Assembly (NCBI RefSeq): GCF_000737315.1
Contig: NZ_JMCB01000004.1
Coordinates: 476,314-540,313 of the forward strand
Length of the DNA: 64,000 bases
Direction: 5' to 3'
DNA from: Hyalangium minutum
GTDB lineage: Bacteria > Myxococcota > Myxococcia > Myxococcales > Myxococcaceae
Shown here: positions 39,141 to 47,143 of the stretch, piece by piece
Layout of the letters: the number at the start of each line of letters is the position of its first letter
Numbering within the stretch: the stretch's first letter is position 1
Position numbers and translations under genes: made by a program
Notes under the pieces: generated by a model
Told to the model about the DNA's origin: nothing
The model's input: the letters and a program-made list of their open reading frames with translations, nothing else
The model's database searches: none

Positions 39141-39860
39141 TCACGGCCGCTTCGTGGCGACGACGACGCTGTAGGGCGTGAAGGGCGGAGGCATCAGCCC
39201 ATCGCGCACGTCCACGTCGAACCCCCGGGCCTCCAGCAGCTCGCGGGCGCGGGGCACCAGGAACGTCAGGTAGTACATGACGAAGGGCGGCTTCCAGAGC
39301 GCGTTGCGCACGCGCATTGCCGCGTTGAAGCCCTTGGCCAGCCAGTAGCCCGGGTTCCACGCCGACGGTGGATGCCCCGTGACGAAGACGAAGCGGCCCC
39401 CGGGCCGCAACGCGCGGGTGAGCACGTCCGCCAGCCGTGGCTCGTCCTCCTCCAGGATGTGCCCGAAGGCCCCGAAGCTCGTCACCACGTCGAACTCGGC
39501 CTCATACGTCAGCTTCAGGGCATCGCTCTGGACCAGGGTGATCTTCGCGTCGCCCGGTGCGTCCGCCAGCCGCTGACGCGCCTCGTCGAGCATCCCCCGG
39601 CTCAAGTCAACGCCCACCACCTCCTGGCGGCACAGCGGCCGCAGGAAGCGCATCGCCGCTCCCGTGCCACAGCACAAGTCGAGCGCGCGATCGATGCGGC
39701 CCGGAGCGCCCACCTGCTCCATTGCCACCTTCAGCACCGCATCTGGCGTGCGGAACGGCGTGTACTCGAACTTCGGCGCGAGCAGATCGTATCCGTGCTC
39801 CACGGACGAGAGTGCCTGCTGCGCCAGCTCCAGAAACGTCGGGCCCTTGCGATGGAACAT
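39141..39860 (-). CDS. Class I SAM-dependent methyltransferase
   Basis: ALDLCCGTG, VGVDLSRGML, QSDAL, ALRPGGRF. Confidence 0.88.
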   Translation of the reverse strand: MFHRKGPTFLELAQQALSSVEHGYDLLAPKFEYTPFRTPDAVLKVAMEQVGAPGRIDRALDLCCGTGAAMRFLRPLCRQEVVGVDLSRGMLDEARQRLADAPGDAKITLVQSDALKLTYEAEFDVVTSFGAFGHILEEDEPRLADVLTRALRPGGRFVFVTGHPPSAWNPGYWLAKGFNAAMRVRNALWKPPFVMYYLTFLVPRARELLEARGFDVDVRDGLMPPPFTPYSVVVATKRP

Positions 39861-39880
39861 GATCGTCCGTGTAATATCCG

Positions 39881-39899
39881 CCCTCCCGGAAAGGGAGGG
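39881..39899 (+). promoter_or_regulatory. 7-bp hairpin covering the Shine-Dalgarno of the 39905 gene
   Basis: ccctccc-ggaaa-gggaggg; the GGAGG (39894-39898) lies in the 3' arm, ATG at 39905. Confidence 0.35.
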
Positions 39900-39904
39900 G
39901 AAAC

Positions 39905-40954
39905 ATGTCAAACAGAAATACCTGGTGGAGCGCCGCCGCGCTTGGCCTGACCGTGGTGGCTGGCTGTGGCCCGGAGGACGAGACGCTGGACTTGCTGCTG
40001 TCCGCCAAGCAGGGGCTGGTCGCGGGATGCACCGCCTCCGGTGTGGATGCCGATGCCGACGGCCTGGATGACGGAGACGAGGACTGTCTCCTCCAGCGCC
40101 ACGCGCCCGTGGTCAACCTCCCGTGGACGATCGACTGGACGAAGCCCGCCAACGTGGACTGGTACCTGGCTCGCGTCCACATGCGCTTCACCCATGACGG
40201 CTGCTCCGACTGCCAGATCCTCAATGTGGGCAGCGTGAACCAGACCAGCATCACCAACCGGACCCACAACGACAAGAACTGGCTGTGCTCGCACACCAGC
40301 ACGGCCCGCTACTCGTACGGCACGGACTGGAACGACAGCGAGCACTTCTTCCTCCAGCCGCCGGATGATGCCGTCCACAACGGCAGCTCCAACTCCGCCG
40401 ACTGGAAGGTCTACGGCCACGTCTACAAGAACGCCTACGGGGGCGTGAACCTCCAGTACTGGTTCTTCTTCCCGTACAACGATGCGCAGCTCTCCTTCAA
40501 CCACGAGTCCGACTGGGAGCACGTCAACGTGCGCCTGAATCCGGACTACTCGGTGGCGGGAGTCCACTTCGCGCACCACAGCAATGTCACCTACTACGCC
40601 AAGGCCAGCGTGCAGTGGTTCGACAGCACGCACCCGCTGGTGTGGACGGCGGACGGCAGCCACGCCAGCTACGTCTCCGAGTCCGTGTGTGACTCCACCA
40701 TCGAGGAGGTGGGCTGGGGCTCCAGCAGCTGCGAGACGAACGCGAACTATCGCTGGTTCACGTGGGCGGGAGGGAAGGGCACCCTGGTGGGTCTCCAGGG
40801 CGGAGGCATCATCAACGTGGGCGAGAAGACCCGGCCGCTCAATGGGCAGAACTTCATCAAGTACAACTCGCGGTGGGGCGAGATTGGTGAAACGAGCATC
40901 ACCTCGGGTGTGCGGGGGCCCTCTTTCCAGGGCAACTGGACCCGAGACATGTGA
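39905..40954 (+). CDS. Lipoprotein with Vps62/NPP1-like domain
   Basis: Lipobox VVAGC; acidic DADADGLDDGDE; LQYWFFFPYND...HESDWEHVNVRL...HPLVWTADGSHASY. Confidence 0.7.
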   Translation: MSNRNTWWSAAALGLTVVAGCGPEDETLDLLLSAKQGLVAGCTASGVDADADGLDDGDEDCLLQRHAPVVNLPWTIDWTKPANVDWYLARVHMRFTHDGCSDCQILNVGSVNQTSITNRTHNDKNWLCSHTSTARYSYGTDWNDSEHFFLQPPDDAVHNGSSNSADWKVYGHVYKNAYGGVNLQYWFFFPYNDAQLSFNHESDWEHVNVRLNPDYSVAGVHFAHHSNVTYYAKASVQWFDSTHPLVWTADGSHASYVSESVCDSTIEEVGWGSSSCETNANYRWFTWAGGKGTLVGLQGGGIINVGEKTRPLNGQNFIKYNSRWGEIGETSITSGVRGPSFQGNWTRDM

Positions 40955-40986
40955 GCGAGGAGGGGAAGCTCGGGTAGGGTAGGGGC

Positions 40987-42639
40987 ATGGCTCCTTCTCC
41001 CGAATCCTGGACGCTGCCCTGGCGAGGGCTCGGCCTGAGCAGCAACCTCAGCGCCAGCGACCAGCCTCACCCCTACCGGCTGCTCGACGAGGAGCCCGAG
41101 CTCTTCGACTTCGTCGAGTACAGCGCTCCCTTGTCGCTCTCGGAGACGAAGAAGCACGCCACGCTGTTTCCGGAGATGCACCGGCGCCTCCAGGAGGTGC
41201 CGGTGCTCTTCCATCCGGTGCACCTCAACCTCTATGGGCCGGTGCTTGAGTCCCCCGAGGCCCTCGCCGACCTGGACGCGCACGCGCGCACGGTGGGCAG
41301 CCCGTGGGTGGGCAATGACGTGGGCTGGTGGCACTCAGGCGGGCAGCCCTTCCCGGGCTACCTCTACTTCTCGCCACCCCTCACCAATGAGGGACTGCAG
41401 GACTGCGCCGCGCACGCGCTGCACGTCCAGTCGGGACTGAGCCGGCCGCTGGCGCTGGAGAACCCCGCCGTGTTCGCTCGGCGCGGGGACATGCACGTGC
41501 TCGACTTCATGGCGAGGCTGCAGTCGCGCACAGGGCTGCCGCTGCTGCTCGATCTGGGGCACCTCTTCAGCTACCAGCTCTCCGCCGAGCTGCCGTTGGA
41601 GACGGGGCTCGACGGCTTCCCGTTCGATCGCGTCATCGAGATCCACATTGCTGGGGGCGTGGTGACGCGCCGGTGGGTCCGCCGCTTCTATGTGGATGAT
41701 CACACCCAGCCCGTGCGCGAGGAGCTGTTCCAGTTGCTGGAGTGGGTGCTGCCGCGCTGCACCTCGCTGCGCGCAGTCACATTCGAGGGGGACGGGCACC
41801 CGCCCGAGGTGGCATTGCTCACGCTGCGTCGCCTGCGCAACCTGATCCCCAAGCAGCAGCGCGCGCCCCTGCGCCTGACGCCCGTGGAGGCTGTTCCGCC
41901 GCCGCTGAGCAACGTGAGCCGGCCCTGGGAGCTGTTCGACCTGGGGCACGGCGCTCGCCGGGCCGTGGAGTCAGATGACGTGGATGGGACGATCGCCGAG
42001 GTGGACTTCCGCCTCGCGGTGGTGGCCGAGCAGCTCGACAAGGACTTCCCCATCTCGCGCCTGCTGCTGGCGGGCACGCGCGAGGGCCTGCTGGCCTTCA
42101 CCTCCTCGCAGGAGTACCGGGAGCTGTTCGAAGGCTCGGGCCGCTCGTTTGGCCATGCGTTCCTGGACTACGCCCGCAAGCGCCTCCGCGAGCACCCGGA
42201 CGAGGCGGGCGCGGCGGCTGCGGCGCTCTCCTTCGAGACCTTCCTCCCGACGCTGATGCTGCGGCCCATGAATCCTCCCAAGCCTGGAGAGGTGGGGTTG
42301 GTAGAGGACGCGCGAGTGGGCACGTTCCCTGCGGACCTGTCCGAGCTGGTGTACTCGGCCCGGGCGCTGCGCCGTCACCTCACGGGCCGGGCCTGGGCCA
42401 ACGGCACGGTGGAGCTGAGCGGCCTGGAGTCCTTGGCGCAGACAGCCCGGAGGACCGTGTCCCGCCCCTGGCGTTTCGCCGTTCGCCGCAGGCGGGGCGG
42501 AGGCATGGAGGTGCACACGGCGACGCCGGGGCTCTCCGAGCTTTTCCGAGCGCTCACGCAAGGCCCGCTGCCGGAGAAAGACATTGCTCCTCCGTTACTC
42601 GCGGAGGCCCTGGGGCGTGGGCTCGTGCGGCGAGGGTAG
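40987..42639 (+). CDS. DUF692 multinuclear non-heme iron oxidase (MNIO) with ~260-aa C-terminal extension
   Basis: LGLS, FVEY, FHPVHLNL, LALENP, LLLDLGH, IEIHIAGG, VDDHTQPV and TFEGD follow the DUF692 TIM-barrel ligand order. Confidence 0.8.
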   Translation: MAPSPESWTLPWRGLGLSSNLSASDQPHPYRLLDEEPELFDFVEYSAPLSLSETKKHATLFPEMHRRLQEVPVLFHPVHLNLYGPVLESPEALADLDAHARTVGSPWVGNDVGWWHSGGQPFPGYLYFSPPLTNEGLQDCAAHALHVQSGLSRPLALENPAVFARRGDMHVLDFMARLQSRTGLPLLLDLGHLFSYQLSAELPLETGLDGFPFDRVIEIHIAGGVVTRRWVRRFYVDDHTQPVREELFQLLEWVLPRCTSLRAVTFEGDGHPPEVALLTLRRLRNLIPKQQRAPLRLTPVEAVPPPLSNVSRPWELFDLGHGARRAVESDDVDGTIAEVDFRLAVVAEQLDKDFPISRLLLAGTREGLLAFTSSQEYRELFEGSGRSFGHAFLDYARKRLREHPDEAGAAAAALSFETFLPTLMLRPMNPPKPGEVGLVEDARVGTFPADLSELVYSARALRRHLTGRAWANGTVELSGLESLAQTARRTVSRPWRFAVRRRRGGGMEVHTATPGLSELFRALTQGPLPEKDIAPPLLAEALGRGLVRRG

Positions 42640-42651
42640 AGCTCGGCGAGG

Positions 42652-43056
42652 CTACGGGCTCTCGGCCTCAAGCAGCGCCGCGAGGAACAGGGAGTAGGTC
42701 AGCTCGGCCACTGGCCGCTTCTCTCGGCGCGCCTGGGTGCGCAGGGCCTTGGGCAGCGAGCAGGGCTTGCCCTTCTCTGCTTCGCGCAGCTGCACATAGC
42801 CTCGCTCGGAAAACCCGGCGATCTGCCACCCGCGCTGGCGGAGCGCTTGGCTGAGATCATCGGTGAGCTGGTGGTGGAGGGCCTTGGCGAGCGGCAGCGT
42901 GCCAAAGATCTCGCTGTGCCAGCCGCGCGGCTCCTCGCGCCACCCTCGGGCGCGCAGGTAGTGAGCCTTGCGAGCCAACGAGAGCCCGCCGACGTGCCGC
43001 TCCAGCTTCACAGCGCGGAGCGGGTCAGCGGGCCGTCGAAGTTCTGGCCATTGCAC
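42652..43056 (-). CDS. Hypothetical protein
   Basis: 134-aa ORF with plausible composition and an internal repeat (LRARGW / LRQRGW), downstream of yaeQ; start uncertain. Confidence 0.5.
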   Translation of the reverse strand: MQWPELRRPADPLRAVKLERHVGGLSLARKAHYLRARGWREEPRGWHSEIFGTLPLAKALHHQLTDDLSQALRQRGWQIAGFSERGYVQLREAEKGKPCSLPKALRTQARREKRPVAELTYSLFLAALLEAESP

Positions 43057-43559
43057 TCGGCATAGACATGGTCCCCGACGAAGGTCAGCGACACCTTGAG
43101 GCGCCGGGAATCGAAGGAGGAGAGTGCACGCAGGAGCCCGGCGTCAATCGCCGCGAGCTCCGCCTTGGCCACGCGCAGGGCCTTGGCCTCGCGCGCTTCG
43201 GCGATGAACGCCTCGAGCCGTTCGGCCGACTCAAACAGTACCGAGACCTTCGCGTGAGGGTTCTGGTCGACCGCGCGCTGCAGCTTGATGGGGTCCGCCT
43301 TGCCGACCCGGACCCAGCGGGTGACGAGCCCGGTGTAGTCACGGCATTCGAGATCCGGCGCGTCCGGTTCGCCCAGCCCCGGGCCGAAGGTCATCCGCTC
43401 CTCCCACGCCCAGCAGTAGGCGAGCACTCGCAGCCAGAGCCGTTGCATCGTCTCGGAGGGGTGGCGGGCGACCTTGATGCCGATCTGCGGCTGGTCGATG
43501 GAGCGATCCACCTGGCTCAGGCTGATCTGGAAGTCGTACAGCGTCGGAGCGAGGGTCAT
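43008..43559 (-). CDS. yaeQ: YaeQ family protein
   Basis: ARHPSETMQRLWLRVLAYC, FGPGLGEPDAPDL, WVRVG. Confidence 0.85.
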   Translation of the reverse strand: MTLAPTLYDFQISLSQVDRSIDQPQIGIKVARHPSETMQRLWLRVLAYCWAWEERMTFGPGLGEPDAPDLECRDYTGLVTRWVRVGKADPIKLQRAVDQNPHAKVSVLFESAERLEAFIAEAREAKALRVAKAELAAIDAGLLRALSSFDSRRLKVSLTFVGDHVYAECNGQNFDGPLTRSAL

Positions 43560-43647
43560 TGAGGAGTCCCGGTGCCCTCCGTCCGAGGGCCTGCGCGGTA
43601 TAGCCTATCTCCGCGCAGCCTCGAAGGCGGCTGGGCAGGAGGCTCGT

Positions 43648-45084
43648 TTAGGCCCCCCGCGTTACAGCCGAGAGGCTGGCGCGCAACCGCCGGAGTCCCT
43701 CGTCGATGCGGTGGGTGGCGATGGCTCCGTAGCCGAGGACCAGCCCCGGCCGCGCCGGGCGGTGCGCGTAGAAGCCCGACAATGGGTGCAGTCCGACCCC
43801 TGCCACCTTCGCTCTCGCCACCACCTCTCGCTCCAGCTTGGCGCTCGTGTCCTTGAAGGTCGCGCTCAAGTGCAGGCCGGCCACTGAAGGCACCGGCTCC
43901 AGCCATGGGTCGAAGTCGCGGAGCAGGGTGTGGTGGATGCGCTCGTGCCGCGCCTCATATTCGCGCCGCATCTTGCGGATGTGCCGCGCCAGCTGTCCCT
44001 CGTCGATGAAGCGGGCCAGGGCAGCCTGCTCGGGCCACTGACAGTGCCAGTCGCTGAGGTGCTTCGCGGCCCGGAGCGCTGGCTGAAGCGCGGGCGGGGC
44101 GACCAGGTATCCCAGCCGAAGGGCTGGGAGCATCACCTTCGAGAACGAGCCCACGTAGATCACCCGGCCCGAGCGATCCAGACTGTGAAGCGTCTCGAGG
44201 GGGCGGCCACCGAAGCGGAACTCGCTGTCGTAGTCGTCCTCGATCACCACCGCGTTCCGTTGCTCTGCCCAGGCCAGCAGGGCTGTCCGGCGCGCGGGTG
44301 ACATCGCCACTCCCAGCGGGAACTGGTGGGAGGGGGTGACGTAGACGAGCCGGGCCTCCGAGGGGAGCGCGCTGACGTCCAGACCCTCGGCATCCACCGG
44401 GACGCGCACCACCCGCGCACCGAGCGACTGGAAGAGCAGTCCTGGGGGAGGGTAGCCCGGCTCCTCGACGACGACGCACGTTCCTGGATCGATGAGCACG
44501 CGCCCGATCAGATCGAATGCCTGCTGCGCCCCGTGGGTGATGATCACATCCTCGGCGTCCGCCTGGACACCGCGCGCCAGCCCGATGTGCCTCGCCACCG
44601 CCGCACGCAGTGTCGGATGACCCGCAGGCTCTCCGTACTCCGCGCTGAGCACTGCGGCGCGAAGCTGGCGCGCGGAGAAGCGGCGCCAGGTCTCAAAGGG
44701 GAACAACTGTGCGTCGGGCATGCCCGCGCGGAAGTCGTAGGCCGAAGGACCCAAGCGTTCGCGCGGGCCAGGGAGTTCTCTCCAGAGCGCTCGGCTCTGC
44801 AACAGGGCCCCTGCCTTCGCCCGCCTGCGGGGCGAGGCCGGTGGGGGCTCCCCCTGGACGAAGCTGCCCGCACCGGCTTGGCCGGAGACGAGCCCCTCCG
44901 CGATCAGCCACTCGTAGGCGGCGGCCACGGTGTTGCGGGAAACCTCGAGCCGCTGGGCCATCTCGCGGGTCGGTGGCAGCCGGTCGCCCCGGCGGAGCCG
45001 CCCATCGAGGATTGCTGCTCGGACGCCTCTGTAGATCTGGCCCGCCCGATCGCGCCGGCGCTTCAAGTCGATGTGGAGATCCAT
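43648..45084 (-). CDS. MocR/GabR-type GntR regulator with PLP aminotransferase-like domain
   Basis: wHTH LPPTREMAQRLEVSRNTV; YVTPSHQFPLG, IEDDYDSEF, GSFSKVMLPALRLGY. Confidence 0.92.
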   Translation of the reverse strand: MDLHIDLKRRRDRAGQIYRGVRAAILDGRLRRGDRLPPTREMAQRLEVSRNTVAAAYEWLIAEGLVSGQAGAGSFVQGEPPPASPRRRAKAGALLQSRALWRELPGPRERLGPSAYDFRAGMPDAQLFPFETWRRFSARQLRAAVLSAEYGEPAGHPTLRAAVARHIGLARGVQADAEDVIITHGAQQAFDLIGRVLIDPGTCVVVEEPGYPPPGLLFQSLGARVVRVPVDAEGLDVSALPSEARLVYVTPSHQFPLGVAMSPARRTALLAWAEQRNAVVIEDDYDSEFRFGGRPLETLHSLDRSGRVIYVGSFSKVMLPALRLGYLVAPPALQPALRAAKHLSDWHCQWPEQAALARFIDEGQLARHIRKMRREYEARHERIHHTLLRDFDPWLEPVPSVAGLHLSATFKDTSAKLEREVVARAKVAGVGLHPLSGFYAHRPARPGLVLGYGAIATHRIDEGLRRLRASLSAVTRGA

Positions 45085-45186
45085 CCCGCCACAGCCCATA
45101 ACTTGGCCCAGTGAGAATCGTCAAATCTGGCTTTCTACCGGTCCATTGCGGCTGGCACTTTGCGGACCACTCAAGGAGGAAGCCCC

Positions 45187-45642
45187 ATGTCGCAACCTGC
45201 CGCCGTTGGTTCCCGTCCCGTCGATACCGAGCGCATTCCCTGGATCCCGCAGAGCCCCGGCAACTCCTTCAAGCCTCTGCGTTTCTTGCCCGAGGACCGC
45301 GGCTGGGTCCTGCTGCTCCGGCTCGAGCCGGGGACCGCCATCTCCCGGCACCGCCACACGGGCGAGGTGCACGCCTTCAACCTCTCGGGCCAGCGCAAGC
45401 TTCTCGAGACCGGAGAGGTGGTGGGTCCGGGTGGTTACGTCTACGAGCCCGCCAACAACGTCGACAGTTGGATGGCCGTGGGCACCGAGCCAGTGATTGT
45501 CCACATCACCGTGTACGGCGCGGTCGAATACCTCAACGAGCGCGGGGAGATCACCCGGCGCTACACGTCGAGCACGCAGCAGGAGGTGTACCGGAGGTTC
45601 TGCGCCGAGCACGGACTGCCGATGCTCGATCTGACGGCCTGA
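45187..45642 (+). CDS. Cupin (ChrR-like / 2,4'-dihydroxyacetophenone dioxygenase family)
   Basis: RHRHTGEVHAFNLSG...GGYVYEPA; GGAGG RBS; divergent from the MocR regulator. Confidence 0.8.
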   Translation: MSQPAAVGSRPVDTERIPWIPQSPGNSFKPLRFLPEDRGWVLLLRLEPGTAISRHRHTGEVHAFNLSGQRKLLETGEVVGPGGYVYEPANNVDSWMAVGTEPVIVHITVYGAVEYLNERGEITRRYTSSTQQEVYRRFCAEHGLPMLDLTA

Positions 45643-45669
45643 GCCGCACCGGGTGCTCGAGCCACCGCG

Positions 45670-46455
45670 TCACGGCATCGTGGGCCGCACGAAGGGAATG
45701 AATCCGGCGATGAAGTGCACCTGAGGGGATCGGCCGAGCGTCCGCAGCCGGTCATGGGCGATCACCAGCAGGAGCGCGTAGAACCCGCAGGACACGAGGA
45801 TGTGCCACCACGCGTGGAGCTGCGGGTTGGGGATCCCCAGGGAGGGCAGCGTCACGTTGAGCGTGAAGCAGGCGCGCAGGTCGGTGAACCACACTGCGAA
45901 CGCCAGCGCATAGGCGCTCATCCCCAACCGGTAGACGCGCCGGATCGTCCGGTCCTGGTTGCGGCGGTGGATGAAGTAGACGCGGCCCAGCGCGAACAGC
46001 TCCAGCGACGCGAAGCTCGCATGGAAGAGGTAGAACTGAAGGGGGCCGTTCGTGAACGCGTTGAGGCTCGTGATGAGCACCGCGTGTCCGAGCAGCAACA
46101 GGGGAAACCAGTTCCCGAACCGCCGCTCGGGCTTGTTCTCCAGCAGGATGAAGAGGATCACCAGGACCAGCCAAAGCATGGGAACCTCGTCCATCATCTG
46201 GGCCTGGCGGAGGAGCGTCGCGTGGAAGGCGATGCTCCCCAGCCCGACGACGGACACCATGGCGAACGCGAGCATGAAGCGGCGCTCCAGCACGTGGCGG
46301 TGGAGGACGATGCCCAGCACGCCCGCGAACACCATCGCCAGGCTGGAGGCCGAGTTGAACAGCTCACCCACATAATAGAGGTGCTCGTAGTTCGTCTCGC
46401 ACCAGTCCACCGTGGAAGTGGTGGGTCCCCAGAAGCCCGTGGCCGTCTCTTGCAT
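45670..46455 (-). CDS. Alkaline ceramidase (ACER/CREST superfamily), multi-pass membrane hydrolase
   Basis: WGPTTSTVDWCETNY...ELFNSASS, GSIAFHATL, QMMDEVPM, QLHAWWH. Confidence 0.88.
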   Translation of the reverse strand: MQETATGFWGPTTSTVDWCETNYEHLYYVGELFNSASSLAMVFAGVLGIVLHRHVLERRFMLAFAMVSVVGLGSIAFHATLLRQAQMMDEVPMLWLVLVILFILLENKPERRFGNWFPLLLLGHAVLITSLNAFTNGPLQFYLFHASFASLELFALGRVYFIHRRNQDRTIRRVYRLGMSAYALAFAVWFTDLRACFTLNVTLPSLGIPNPQLHAWWHILVSCGFYALLLVIAHDRLRTLGRSPQVHFIAGFIPFVRPTMP

Positions 46456-46609
46456 GACGGCCACAGGCTAGCAGTCCCTCAAGGGGTGGGAGTGCCCTTG
46501 CACACCCCGGCGTCGGCCACGAAGGGCTGCAGGTTTAGCGCCGCACTGTTCTCAGAGCCCCTTTGACAGAAGGTGGGTGACTGGAGAATCTGGGGATTCG
46601 GACGCGCCC

Positions 46610-47113
46610 ATGTGGATCTTCGGCTACGGCTCTCTCATCTTCCGCCCCTCCTTTCCGTATGAAGAGCGCCGCGAGGCGTGGCTGCGGGACTGGAGCCGGC
46701 GCTTCTGGCAGAGCTCCACGGATCACCGGGGCGTGCCGGAAGCTCCGGGACGGGTGGTGACGTTGGTGCCCGAGCCCGGTGCGCGCTGCTGGGGCATGGC
46801 CTACCGGATCGCCTCCGAGCGCGTGGCGGAAGTGCTGACCCACCTGGATTGGCGGGAGCAAGGCGGCTACGAGCGGCACCCCGTGGCGCTGGAGACGCGC
46901 GAAGGGCCCATCCCGCAGGCCGTGGTGTACCTGGCAGGGCCGTCGAACCCTCAATACGTGGGGCCGTTGACGGTAGCGGAGATCGCGGCGGTGGTGCGCT
47001 CCGCTCACGGGCCCAGCGGTTCGAATCGCGAGTACGTGCAGCGGCTGGCCGAGGCCCTGGCCCAAGCCGGTGAGCACGACGCGCACGTGGCGGAGCTGTT
47101 GCGGCTGCTGTAG
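46610..47113 (+). CDS. chaC: ChaC-type gamma-glutamylcyclotransferase
   Basis: WIFGYGSL, RRFWQSSTDHRGVPEAPGRVVTL, LDWREQGGY, GPSGSNREY. Confidence 0.88.
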   Translation: MWIFGYGSLIFRPSFPYEERREAWLRDWSRRFWQSSTDHRGVPEAPGRVVTLVPEPGARCWGMAYRIASERVAEVLTHLDWREQGGYERHPVALETREGPIPQAVVYLAGPSNPQYVGPLTVAEIAAVVRSAHGPSGSNREYVQRLAEALAQAGEHDAHVAELLRLL

Positions 47114-47143
47114 CCGCGCCCGGGCGTGGCCCGGTGCCAGGCG

